Origin: Veleropilina oligotropha
Lineage: Eukaryota
Assembly (NCBI GenBank): GCA_048128005.1
Contig: JBEUKZ010000095.1
Location: 1-64,000, forward strand
Direction: 5' to 3'
DNA: 64,000 bases
The notes beneath the pieces are model-generated. The model made no database searches, had not been told where the DNA came from, and was given only the letters and a program-made list of their open reading frames with translations. The position numbers were made by a program, and so were the translations under genes. Below are positions 43,975 through 57,143 of the stretch, in pieces (within the stretch, counting starts at the first letter, position 1; each line of letters opens with the position of its first letter).

Positions 43975-44365
43975 TATATAGAATCTATCTTACACAAGAT
44001 GGCCGCCAGGGGGATTTAAAATTTAGAAAATAGGGGGTCAATTTCTAATTTCGCCAAATCGATTTAAATTATGTAAATTCATTATGCAAATCATAGTCAT
44101 GATGAAATCAATCAAAGCAAACTGCAAATAAATGCCGTAAATCTGTAACTACTGAAATAAAACACCTCAACAACTCTTATCGATATACTTTATGTGTTTG
44201 AGAGAATTTGTAGCAACAATTTTTGTTCCGATGTCAAAATCATCGAGACATTGCGATATTGGTGACAGCACTAATTCCGTGATATAATTTACACCAGTAA
44301 GCAAGGTTAGCGTAATCTATCTTTCTTGAAAATTTCAGGTATATCGCTTCTGTAACTATTACATT
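43975..44365 (+). repeat. Dispersed DNA-transposon-like repeat
   Basis: acacaagatggccgccagggggatttaaaattt... also at ~15140-15610 (direct) and ~39205-39335 (inverted). Confidence 0.7.
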
Positions 44366-44994
44366 TTCAGCCTTTTATAAAACATTCAACGCTGTTATCG
44401 CGATATGCAGAAATTAGTGAAGTGAAGTTTTCTTGTTTTACGAGGTCTTCCACGTTATCCGCGATTTCGACCTCAGGACTTTGTTTTTGTTTTTTCGCTT
44501 CTTTGTTGATTTTTCGTGTTTCTTATGTGGGAACCATTGCCGTCACCAAATACCAGCTTCGGACATGGAGGGCGGACATGCAACCAACGGCCCCTCAAGG
44601 GGTCACCATTTTAAAAAACTGTAAAAGTGAAAGAAAAGCACTTTAGTAGTATATGAAGTTACATTACGATTATATGAAAAGTTATAACATTGAATTTACT
44701 TGGTGGATGAAAGGTACTTCCGTATATTGAAATTTATAGTAGTTAATTTATTTATAAAGTAAACAAAAATATGTTAAGTTAACGAGTGAGAAAAAAGGAT
44801 ATATAATGGATACATAACGATTTAAACATAAGTTATTACTGGCGTTATGTAGAATTGAAAAAGTGAAAATTAGATAATAATGTTACACAGTTTCTAAAAA
44901 GAGAAGAAGAGAGGGTGAAGAAAGTGTGTTTTGTATGTTTATATGTATGTAGGTTATTTTATTTGATTTTTGTTTATTTTGAAAAGTTTTTTTG

Positions 44995-45975
44995 TACGCG
45001 TTGCCGCCTGTAGAGCAAACCGCGCGCGGTTGTTTGCCTAGAGTCAATGTGTTTGTCCACTGTTAATTTATGTATATATGGCGTGTTTATTTGTTGGTGC
45101 GAGGTTACATTTTTAAATTCCGTAATTTTGCTGATAAAGAGAGACGTAATTGAGCCGCATTCATTAATTGTAAATGTGTCAGCCCTATGAAAGAAAGGAA
45201 AATAAAAGAAGTAACAAGGCATACTCCACCCTCCATGAGTATGCCTGGTTTCGTGTGTTGGGTATGAGTTATGCATAGTGAAGTGCAAGAGGTGCTTGCA
45301 TTTTATTTGCTTTTATTTCTGCACATTCCCCTATTTTCCGTAACCAAATCTCCACGTACATCAACGTGACGTCGGAAGGTATCAGCTACTGCCCCCCCGG
45401 AGCCTATCCCCACCATGAGTGTGTCTGAAACATTTTAGTTGTAGATTTATCTGCACACTCACCTATTTACCGTAACCAAATATCCACGTACATCAAGGTG
45501 ACGTCGGAAGGTATCAGCTACTGCCCCCCCCCCCCCCCACCCCCCGCCCCAGAGCCTATCCCCACCATGAGTGTGTCAGACGTTTATATGAATTTGTTTT
45601 TGCACACTCCCCTATTTTTGTAGCAAAACCTTCTCGAACATCGAGGTGACGTCGGAAGGTATGAGCTACTGCCCCGAGTCTAATGCAGCAGAGCCTAATA
45701 CTTTGATCATGAGTGCGTCTGAAAAAAGTAAAAAATATAGAAATATGAAATATTTTGGGATTTTATTTTATTTTTAATTTTTTTTTTGGTGTTGGTTTGA
45801 GGTAGTTTTGCTGACTGACATCCGTCTATTCCTCTCCTTATATTATTAAGATCCTGATGAGCCTCGGAATGGCGAAAAAAGCTGGTATGGTTTGTAGATG
45901 TTGTCGAGATATAGTTTGTTTTTTCGCGGACGAGTTGCCGCCTATAGACAAACCGCGCGCGGTTGTTTGTCTAGA
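44995..45975 (+). repeat. Two Helitron-like 3' ends bracketing a ~130-150-bp tandem repeat
   Basis: aaaccgcgcgcggtt hairpin followed by CTAG at ~45040 and ~45974; three copies of ...gacgtcggaaggtat.agctactgcccc. Confidence 0.5.
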
Positions 45976-46903
45976 ATCATACCAACGCGTTGCCTAACCA
46001 GAAATTAGAAATAGGACACGTGGGGAATCTGGCCAAAATTAATGGCTTGTAGAACGAGTGTTATCAGTCGCAGGGTGTTAGAGAGTTATAGGATGGAATT
46101 ACGACTAATTAATAAACTTCTGTTGAACAACGACACGGTTTGTAGACTGACTTTTATCAGCGAAAACGCAGACGGAACATATAACATATTGCGTGCATGT
46201 GTCTGGTAAATAAATACTCAAATGGGCCAAAGATTCACGGAGTCAGTGACGACTGCCCCCAGAATGGAAACGAGCTTGTCATTGACGACACAAATCTTTA
46301 TAATATTATTAAACAACAATAATGATTTAATGTTTCCGAATACACATGAATTAATTTTTCAAACTCTGTACAATCGTTATGTGATCACTATTTGCCGTCG
46401 ACCGCACGGCCCTGCTTTCAAGTTTCAGTCCGTCTGTTGGTTGGCTAATTAGAGCGCCGTGTAATTGATGTATAGGCCGCGTTGGGTATGCCTTGCCCCC
46501 TTCGTTGGGTCCTCGTACACCGCATCTCTTCGATTTCCCTGTACGAGCAGAATTTGGTTATAATGCATATTTATATATTATGTCAATGCTTTGTCCGTAT
46601 CATTGGGATCGGGGTCACCGTTTGATATGTTTTTTTACGCACATTTGATAGGATGATCACATTCACACGGAAACTATTTTATTTCATTATTTCTGTTATT
46701 ACTGTTTCAAGGGTGTTATATTGCACATTAATACACCTTGTTGCCTCAATAGTGATCAGAGCACCATCATAAATCCACTTGATAAACTGCTGCGTTTCTG
46801 TTCCCGTATTATATAATATTAATTTGTAATCTCGATCGAAGACATATATAAAACACAGTGACACCCATGCGATGATGGTCGTAACTGTCGGAAGGAGTGG
46901 GTT

Positions 46904-47008
<105 letters not shown>

Positions 47009-48518
47009 GAGGCTTTCCTGACGAGATAACATCGACTTGACCACAGATGTTAAAACAGGTAAAAATCCATCAAGTATTTTGTTCGTCTTTCATGTATTAA
47101 ATAAAAATTCACGTTGAAATGAGATTTGTTTCTAATGATGAGGATTACAGTAAACAGTTGGTTGCCCATTTTTGACAGTTTTTCAGTCTTATTACATTCT
47201 GTCAAAGCACCGGCTGAAGGTTTCAATCTGATCTACTCATCCGGTTTTCGGTTTTTCTGCTGTAATAAGAAATGTATCGATCATTGATTTTTCTGGTGTT
47301 CACAGTTGTGAGACTTGGCACCTGGGCGAGGGTTTGCAATCTCCCCTGATTGCTCTTATTTACAGATGTGAAAAACAAGCTGAACGAGAGAGGAGTTATC
47401 ACCAACGAATTTGACGTTCAAGTCATAGTGAAACGTGAACTGTAATTTAGGTAACTCAAAAAGCATGTATTGTAAGACATGCTAGCGGATTCTCATATCA
47501 GATTTAACAATTGTATGCTTATTATTATAATTGTTTCCCCAATATCAGGCGCGAATCCAGGATTTTCAACTAAAGGGCGGACGTGTTTATGGCGAATCTC
47601 ACTTAGATAGATCCAGTTTACCCAATTTTTTTCTTACTCTTGTTTATGTACAAAAACTGTTTAGCACATGTGCATAAATTGCTAGCTTTATTTGCAGTTT
47701 ATTTGTTTTAGATGCATAATTATTTGTTTTAGATGCATAATTATTACTATGCCCAATGTAGAAATAAGCATACTACATTGCACAACCAGCAAGCACATAA
47801 TACCATGGGATAAATTAACAATATAATGCAACTGACAGGACTAATTTTACATATTTAACGACGAAGAGTAAACTTTCTTCAAAATTAACATATCTTTCGT
47901 CAAACAATGACTTATCTGAACGGCGGGACTATTTTGGTTGCCGTTTGGGCCAATTCAAGGGAGAGTTCTATGATGTCGTGGAAACGTCAAAGAGCGAGTA
48001 AAGTATGTTCCTAATATTGATTTTATTTTACATTGAAAGATCATAAAGTTAGCAGGCACGCACGAAATAACTATAAAACATGTGTCTGTTGATTTTTTTT
48101 TCGAATTAATTAAATTAGAACTATTGTATTGGTTGGTTCGTTTGTAACTTTGCTTTACGACCAATTATGGCAATTTTTTCAGCCTTAACGAAGTCGGGAC
48201 ACCCGGTTTAACGTCTCACTCCGAACTGACAGACATACATTATGGATATGCCTTCTATTATTTTAAGAGGTAGAATAAGCCACCGGCTGGCCTCGAAATC
48301 TGGCCACAGGGGCCCGTAACGTTGCTTATCGTTCGTCTTATTCCGTTTGACGATTGGCGCAGTTCATTGTTACTATATACTATAGACAAGGGAGGACACA
48401 AAGGACGGGACACATGATGGATTATCCCGACATTTCACTGAATTATTTCATTTCTCAAAGATGGTGGTTTGAATTAATTCTTTCGGAATGAAATTGCTCG
48501 ATTTGTGCAAGACCACTG

Positions 48519-48694
48519 CGCCATAATATGCATTAGTGTTGTAGCTAGGTTGTCAGGAGTTATCTCCCCGTCGCACATTACAAATGGCGACCTCCATGTA
48601 ATTGTGCAGTACGCATTAAAGCCTATTTGAATTCCAAGTTAGTTCGTGTCTCGGTCAAGGGGAACAGGTAGATGGTCTATAGATCTTACTGGCG
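48519..48694 (+). repeat. 5' LTR (CGCCA...TGGCG)
   Basis: Matches 54624-54706 plus 57144-57241. Confidence 0.9.
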
Positions 48695-48707
48695 TGGTGG
48701 CAGCGGT
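48695..48707 (+). promoter_or_regulatory. Primer binding site (tRNA-Leu-like)
   Basis: tggtggcagcggt directly after the LTR. Confidence 0.75.
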
Positions 48708-48853
48708 TCAGAACGCACTTGCCTGAACAAAAACAGGTAATATTTCGACTTCTATCATAGTTTCCTGTCGCACAACGCAATTGATCGTCCCGGCATTTAT
48801 AGTGCTCGATATATACGAACTACTACACTGCTTAGACTTTACGTACCCACAGT

Positions 48854-49732
48854 ATGGCAAATACACTGCGTGCCCCCAAACAATGGTGCCTCAACAAAAA
48901 CGAATCTGTTAACTCTTTTGAAAATTGGAGACAGAACATTATTTATACATTATCGCTAGACGCCAACTTTGCCAAACATCTAGCCGATGGGGTTACATGG
49001 GAGAAGAAAACAAGGGCAGCTCCACAAAGGGGATTCACAGACGACGGTGATAACGTACAAGTACAACGTAGACGTACAGCACTACAGAAAATCCAAACAT
49101 TAGAACTTATGTTGGGACAAATTGCTAATTATTGTCCAATAATCTCAAGAAACACTATCATTAAAAATTCAACGTCAATTAACTCTATTTGGCAAGCCAT
49201 ACGTTTACATTTCGGATTCCAATGGACAGGAGCACATTTTATTGATTTTGCTGAGATACATATTGAGCCAGATGAGAAACCCGAAGACCTATACCAGAGA
49301 TTGATGGCCTTCATGGAAGACAACCTCATTCGGCGTGAAGGGGGCATAACTCATCATGGCGAAATTGCGCATGAAGATGAAGAATTCTCCCCCTCTTTAG
49401 AAAATTTCGTTGTACTTACCTGGCTGCGACTCATTCACAAGGACTTGCCTAAATTGATCAAACAACGCTATGGGGCAGAGCTCAGGTCAAGAACTCTTGC
49501 AACAATTAAACCGGAAATTTCTCAAGCTCTAGATTCCCTTATTGAAGAAATCCATGCTACCGAGAACGCTAAAGTATTGCGATCAACGATATGCCGACCA
49601 CACAATCAGCCGCCCCATTTACCGATTGCCGACCGTCAAATAGTCAGAAAGACAATTAAATCATGCCCCCTGTGCAAAGCAGCTGGGCGCACCAGCGCCA
49701 ATCATTTCCTCAGTGAATGCAAGCATCAATGA
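48854..49732 (+). CDS. gag: Gag-like protein
   Basis: First ORF after the PBS; C-terminal CPLC......H....C zinc knuckle. Confidence 0.8.
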   Translation: MANTLRAPKQWCLNKNESVNSFENWRQNIIYTLSLDANFAKHLADGVTWEKKTRAAPQRGFTDDGDNVQVQRRRTALQKIQTLELMLGQIANYCPIISRNTIIKNSTSINSIWQAIRLHFGFQWTGAHFIDFAEIHIEPDEKPEDLYQRLMAFMEDNLIRREGGITHHGEIAHEDEEFSPSLENFVVLTWLRLIHKDLPKLIKQRYGAELRSRTLATIKPEISQALDSLIEEIHATENAKVLRSTICRPHNQPPHLPIADRQIVRKTIKSCPLCKAAGRTSANHFLSECKHQ

Positions 49733-49739
49733 TGATCGA

Positions 49740-52700
49740 CCAGACCAAGATAAGAAATACATGCTCAAAGCTCGTCAGATCTCTCACATCGCTGACGATG
49801 ATCAACTCACAGATGGAGTCGATGACTATGACACTGTCGCTGGATCCCAACCAGATTATGCTGTCCAGGCATCAGCTTCCACACTCCGCGTCCAGGTGAG
49901 ACAGTCGCCGTACATAGATGCCTTTTATCGCCATCGATCAGTCCGTGTCACTATAGACAGTGGCGCTACAGGCAACATGATTCGTCGATCTACCGCGGTT
50001 GCCCTCGATGTTCAGATCAAAAGTAGTTCACAATCAGCTCACCAAGCAGATGGGTCATCTCCCCTCCAAGTTGTCGGAGAAACACGGTTTATACTCGACC
50101 GTGATGGAAAAGAGTTCATCTTTGAAGGACTGGTGCTAGAAACTCTAGACGTGGACATCTTGGCCGGTATACCATTTATGGAACGCAATGATATAGGCAT
50201 CAGACCCGCACATAGACAGGTTACTCTGGATGACGGCACCGTACTTACATATGGTTCCCCAGACGATACTCCCAACAAGCACACTGTTCGTCGAGCATGC
50301 GTCCTCAGGGCACCAACCGGAACAAGAACAGTCTGGCCCGGAGAATATGTCGAGTTAGAAATTCCACAGAAGTACAGTTCACACGATGACATTTTCGCTC
50401 TCGAACCACGCACAGACATAAGACCCAAACAATCAAGTCTCTCACTCATTTGGCCTCAACCACGATTGTTTTCCAGTGTTTCAGGAAAGATAAGAGTTCC
50501 CAACGTGACAGATGTCCCACAAACCCTTAGGAAGGATGAACACTTTTGCCAGATAAGGCCGGTATTTATTCCTGTAGATCCAAACAGTGTAAAATATCCA
50601 CCTGCATCACTCAAGCACATCGATGGTGACTTCTCCTCTACAGTGCAAGTGGACCCTAATGACATTCTTCCCCCAGAAATTCAAAATAAGTTCCATATTG
50701 TTTTGAAGCAATACGATGAAGTCTTCAATCCACGCATTTCTGGATACAACGGACATTCTGGACCCTTCCAAGCAGTGGTTAATATGGGCCCCGTACAGCC
50801 ACCACAAAGGAAAGGGCGGATGCCCCAATACTGTCGTGACAAGCTGTTGGAACTGCAGCATAAGTTTGATGAATTGGAGGATATGGGAGTCTTCGTTCGA
50901 CCGGAAGATGCAGGCATACAAGTTGAGTATTTGAACCCCTCCTTCCTTATCAAGAAAGCAAGTGGTGGACACCGTCTCGTCACCGCCTTTGCCGACGTCG
51001 GTCGCTACAGCAAGCCCCAGCCCTCTCTTATGCCAGATGTTAACTCCACACTTCGGCAGATAGGCCAATGGAAGTATATCATTACCTCTGACCTCAGCAA
51101 TTCCTTTTATCAGATTCCACTCGCCAAAAATTCAATGAAATACTGCGGAGTCGCCACACCATTCCGTGGCATACGAGTGTATGCGAGATCTGCCATGGGA
51201 ATGCCTGGTTCGGAAACAGCCCTTGAAGAGTTGATGTGTCGTGTCTTCGGTGACCTGTTAGAAGAGGGTATCATCGCCAAAATTGCCGACGATCTGTACT
51301 GTTGGGGCCAATACCCCAACTCAGCTCTTATCCAACTGGACTCGTGTTCTACAAATACTCCAACAAAACAGTCTTCGGCTGTCAGCACGAAAGACCGTTA
51401 TTTCACACACTAATGTAACCATACTGGGATGGCAGTGGCAACATGGTTCTATTCATGCTAGTCAACACCGAATCGCCACATTATCCTCATGCTCCTCTCC
51501 ATCTACAGTCAAAGGACTAAGGTCTTTCATTGGAGCTTATAAAGTGTTAGCACGTGTGATTCAAGGAAGTTCCACACTACTCTCCCCTCTGGATAATGCA
51601 GTGGCAGGACGCCAGTCACAAGATAAGATTGTATGGTCTGATGGTCTGCAAAAGGATTTCCTCACAGCTCAAAAAGCTCTCACCTCACGCAAGGCAATTG
51701 TATTGCCACGACCAGATGACCAAATCTGGATCGCAACAGATGCTGCCGTGCGGAAACCAGGCATCGGCGCCACAATGTATGTTACCCGCAATAACAAATT
51801 AAGACTTGCAGGCTTTTTCAGTGCGAAGCTGCGGCGACAACAGATTACTTGGCTGCCATGTGAAGTTGAAGCTTTATCAATCGCAGTTGCTACACAACAT
51901 TTCAGCCCATACCTCATCCAATCAAAACACAAAGCTCGTATCCTCACTGACAGTCGACCATGTGTCTTGGCATTCGAAAAACTATGTCGTGGAGAATTTT
52001 CAACAAGTCCTCGAGTTTCCACCTTTCTGTCAACGGTCAGTCGGTATCAAGCTTCAATTCAACATTTGTCAGGCTCTGCTAATGTTCCATCTGATTTTAC
52101 AAGCCGTAATGCACCCGAATGCGAAAACCCCTTGTGTCAAGTTTGCGGTTTCATTGCCCGAACCGAAGACTCTGTTGTTAGAAACATGTCAGTTTCTGAT
52201 ATTCTGGCTGGCACCAGTCGTCCACCCTTCACCAACAGATCAGCATGGCGTTCACTACAAGACGAGTGCAAAGATTTACGCCAAACTCATGCTCATCTGA
52301 GCCAAGGCACACGTCCCTCAAAAAAACTTACTAATATTAAGGATGTCAAGAGATACCTGAACGCAGTCACTATTGCCAAGGACGGCCTACTAGTAGTAAG
52401 TCGCAACGATCCCCTTTGCCCTTCAAGACAAAATATAGTTGTGCCTCGCCAAGTCCTTGATGGGTTACTGACATCTCTACATATTCAACTCCATCACCCC
52501 TCGGCTCATCAACTCAAAATGGTCACACTCAGGTACTTCTTTGCATTAGACATGAATAGATCCATCGACACGGTTACAATGTGCTGTCACCAATGTGCTT
52601 CTCTTAGGAATGTCCAACACACAGTTATTGACCAAAGCACAGCGAGCCCCCCAGAACACGTCGGTATTTCATTCGCAGCCGACGCCATGAAGCGAGAAAG

Positions 52701-53296
52701 ACAGTGCATATTAGTTGTTAGAGAATGCGTCACTTCGTACACGACCGCATGTATCATCGACGATGAACGAGGTCCTACAATTAGAAATGCCCTGATCCGT
52801 CTCTGTATTGAGCTACGACCCTTGGATGGCCCACCAGCCGTCATTCGCACGGACCCAGCTCCATGCTTCATGTCCCTCATCAATGACACTCTTCTTCAAA
52901 AACAGAGAATGAGCATTGAAATAGGCAGAGTACAGAACATTAATAACAAGAACGACGCGTTCGAAATATGTCTTGACCTTTCTTTATTTCTAATTTTCAT
53001 AACAGTTATAACGTTGCAATGGCTAAGTGCAAGTACATCATGGCTTAATTTACTACCCCGTCGAATGTGACGTCACTCAATGACGATTAATCTAAAGCGA
53101 CGTCATAATGACGTCATTGCTATTTGCTTGCAATATTAGACATCAGTTACATACGAATATGGATTAAAGTGCTCAATAAATGCATATTTTTGCAAAATTG
53201 TGTCACGAAAGTTATATACACGACCTACAAATACTCTTGGGAATGTGTGTACCAATTTTGGTGAAAATTGATCCAGTAGTTTTCAAAATAATCAGC

Positions 53297-53328
<32 letters not shown>

Positions 53329-54222
53329 GTATATATATATGTATATACACTCGGACCATTTGATAATGTCTTGTCCTTTTTTACAAAAAGGTCAAGACAT
53401 AAAAACCCTGTCGCGGAAAAGGCCGTTCAGGAACTAGCTAGAACACGAACTGTTACGTCAAGAACCGCTACGCGGCCCAGTCAATGCTACTACTCTCTCC
53501 ATGGCTGTGGCAAGTTTGAATTCACGAATCAGAACACGTGGTGCATCCGCTCGCGAAATGTGGACTCAAAGGGACCAATTCACAAACAGTCAGTTAGCCC
53601 TTACCGATCAACAGCTCATTCTTAGTCAGCACTCAAATCGGATGACTATAATCACCCACATAGTGAAAAGTCAAAATCTCCTATAGGGAGGCGGACTCCT
53701 CCTGTTCAGATAATCGTTGGAGATTTGGTTTACCTCCACTGTGATCGCAACAAGACGTGCGCACGTAGTCGCTATATCGTTATTGGCATCGATGGTCCAT
53801 GGTGTGACATCCGCAAGTTCATAGGCTCACAGCTACGTAACACATCATACCGTGTGAAGATGTCAGAGTGCTACAAAGTTGCTAGTTGGACTGCGGATGT
53901 CTCTTCGTCTCGAAACAATTTGGATGATTGCCCTACCAACATTGACACACTCAGTGAAACGGACGAGTCCCTAAATACATTATCGATCCCTCTGGAGATA
54001 TCAACTCCTCCGTTGGATGCAGCTCCGACCGGTCATGTTGGCGACATGATCCTGGAGAACAATGTTCCTCAGAATGCTATCGAAGTCCCCGATTCAATAC
54101 TTTCCCCAGTCTTATGTCCAAACGAATCTGATCGTCCCACAGATGTCACAAGGCCCATATCCAGGCCTTCTCGTTCTCGACGAATGCCGAATCGTTTCAA
54201 AGATTTCGTTACCGAATTCTGA
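49740..54222 (+). pseudogene. pol: Pol (protease, RT, RNase H, integrase), frameshifted and interrupted
   Basis: IDSGA protease; RT IADD; frameshift near 51305; RNase H ATDA/CEVE/LTDS; integrase HH-CC, FAAD, RTD, AEKAV, split by the insertion at 52945-53400. Confidence 0.9.
52945..53400 (-). mobile_element. HINE-like element inserted in the Gypsy integrase
   Basis: Close copy of 17598-18106; removing it restores GRVQNINKNPVAEKAV with no duplication. Confidence 0.85.
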
Positions 54223-54240
54223 TGTGTTATCTGTTACATT

Positions 54241-54388
54241 TATGGGGCAGAATAATCCCCACGGGCCTGAAGGCAGTCTACCTTGTGACGGCCTGAAGTT
54301 ATCGAATTTTGATATGTTATTTGCTTTACATATATGGGGCAGAATAATCCCCACGAGCCTGAAGGCAGTCTACCTTGTGACGGCCTGC
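54241..54388. repeat. Direct repeat in Gypsy 3' untranslated region
   Basis: tatggggcagaataatccccacg.gcctgaaggcagtctaccttgtgacggcctg occurs twice. Confidence 0.85.
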
Positions 54389-54706
54389 AGCTTATTTTCT
54401 CGTGTTTATCATTATCGTCTGACATTACAGGTTCCACTTACGAGTTTGACATTGATCCTGTTTTATAAACTATAATTACTCTCCGTGTGATTGTACATTC
54501 CGTGGATCACACTTATTGACTCGATCAGCTCGATTACCTTCTACTTGTTTTGTAAACATATTTTATTATAACGACAATGATAAGTTCTATATTTTCAAGA
54601 TGATGCAGAGGAAAAGGTGGTCACGCCATAATATGCATTAGTGTTGTAGCTAGGTTGTCAGGAGTTATCTCCCCGTCGCACATTACAAATGGCGACCTCC
54701 ATGTAA

Positions 54707-57143
54707 TGAGGAACCGGCGGAACTAATCCGACAGATGGCGCCACTGGGAAGTAGGTTATCCGGTTCGCGACCAATGCTACATTAGCTCTGTTGGTCGTTT
54801 TGTGTTAACATCGTGTCAACTAAAATATTCCAAATACTTACATTTTATTTATTCATTTACGATGGATGGCAGTAAATATGCGCCCAAAATTATGTTGGAG
54901 TTGAAAACTATGCTTAGAGACGCGTATTGTAGCATATAGGCCTAAGATATTTTGCGGATTACAGTAATTTACTCATACATTAAATCACCATTAAACACCA
55001 TAAAGTAACGCAAATATATTACATATATATAACTAAATATAAAACATGGCTTCTTATTTTGACAAATGAAATATAGATATGTCCATTCAAATCAAAACGA
55101 GTGACATCGGATTTCCGTGAACTTGCGTATTGTATGATATTTTGCGCTTTTCGGATAAAATCACCACTGAACACCATGAAAGCAACACAAATACATTACA
55201 TATACCTAAATATTCACAAATAACAACTTATTAAGGCATAAGAAAGATAGATTTGGTCCATTTAACCACACACGCGATTCACATCAGATTTCCGTAACTT
55301 GCGTACTGTACGATATTTTGCGCATTTCAAAAAATAAAATCATCGCTAAACACTATCAAATCAAGGCAAATACGTTCGCCTACATGTAATAATAATAATA
55401 ATAATAATATAATATGCCTAAATATGCACAAATATATACGTAAATTGTGCCCCCTCCCCATCTATCAACGATGATGTTACTCCTTCACGAGAACACGAAT
55501 GCTACGCTGAATTACCTTTATATATATATAGCTAGTAAATCACACAAATGACAGAACGCATTATTTTAGGATTATAATAGTATTTTATTGGATTGGATCT
55601 AAAATTGACGCTGATCGAGCTTATTTAAAATATGTATACATAAAATTATTAGTTAACAAATAACTTTGATGACAAAATTTAGGCAATTTACGTTATATAA
55701 AAAACATTCACAACATTGGATAAAAATATAAATACACAATATATATCTAAATTATGAAAAAAATAGTTATAATATATGTTGTTCATCTTCTGATGAACTG
55801 CCGTCTGAAGAATCGACAGTGGACACGTCATCGAATGAAGATTCGGCAGGGGATACGTACGTTGAATACGTTATCCGTAGACGGCGTAAACGAGTCATCT
55901 TCGTCGCACGAACGCGATGGAGTATTCGAGTACATCCAATATCGAAATTACCAACTTGATCGTTGTCAATGGATACCTTGTTATCATGGATGGCATAAGT
56001 AGTATTTAGTATGCTGGTGCCAGGTAGCGACTGGTCTAAAGGTAATTCAGCGTAGCATTCGGATTCTCGTGAAGGAGTAACATCATCGTTGATAGAGGGG
56101 GGGGGGGGCATGATTTACTCAAATCCACGTTGGAATTCGCAAAATATATATTTAATATGGTGAAATACGTATTTATTTGTGCATATTTAGGTATATGTAA
56201 CGTTTTTCCTTGATTTGATAGTATTTAGCGATGATTTTATTTGAAATGCGCAAAATATCGCACAGTAGGCCTACGCAAGTTACGGAAATCTGATGTGAGT
56301 CGCGTGTGTGGTTGAATGGACCAAATCTATATTTCATATGCTAAGCTTTAATAAGTAGTTATTTGTGAATATTTAGGTATATGTAATGTATTTGTGTTGC
56401 TTTCATGGTGATTTTATACGAAAAGCGCAAAATATCATACAATACGCAAGTTCGCGAAAATCCGATAGTGTCACTCGTTTTGATTTGAATGGACATATTT
56501 ATGTTTCATTTGGCAAAATAAGTAGTCATTCTTTATATTATAGTTATATGTAATATATTTGCGCTGCTTTCATGGTGTTTAATGGTGATTTAATGTATAA
56601 GTAATCCGCAAAATAACTTAGGCCTTTGCTACAAACCGCGGAATACGCAATTTTACGGAAATCTGATGTTAGTCGTTATGATTTGAATGGGCCAAATTTA
56701 AGTTTCATATTTCCAAAAATGTACTTGCTTGTGTATATTTAGTTGTATGTAATGCATTTACGTTGCCTTCATCGTGTTTATTAGTGATTTTCTTTCGATC
56801 AAAAATTAATTTAAATATATAAGACATAGCCTAATATGCGTTTCGTCCAAAAATCGATGTGGACCAAGGGACGAACAAATATCTCTTTTATCGTTATCGG
56901 ATTGACTTTTCTTCTCTAACGAAGCAAGTGGGGCCAAGATAAATATGTAATGCATTGCATGATAAGTACGTTTCCTTTATTACTGTTTTTTTCTGGTTGG
57001 TGAAACGATGGCCCCATTACATCTGCGAACCGAACAGTGAACTGGAATTGTGTTTACCTATTCAAGTTATTCAAGACGGCCTTGTGACATGACCTACTGT
57101 TGCGCGCGACATCTAGCGGCAGCTGTGGAGTGCCGGTTCCTCG
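54707..57143. mobile_element. 2.4-kb TIR element inserted in the 3' LTR
   Basis: gaggaaccggc...gccggttcctc ends; internal ~580-bp inverted repeats (~54935-55520 versus ~56037-56630). Confidence 0.85.
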
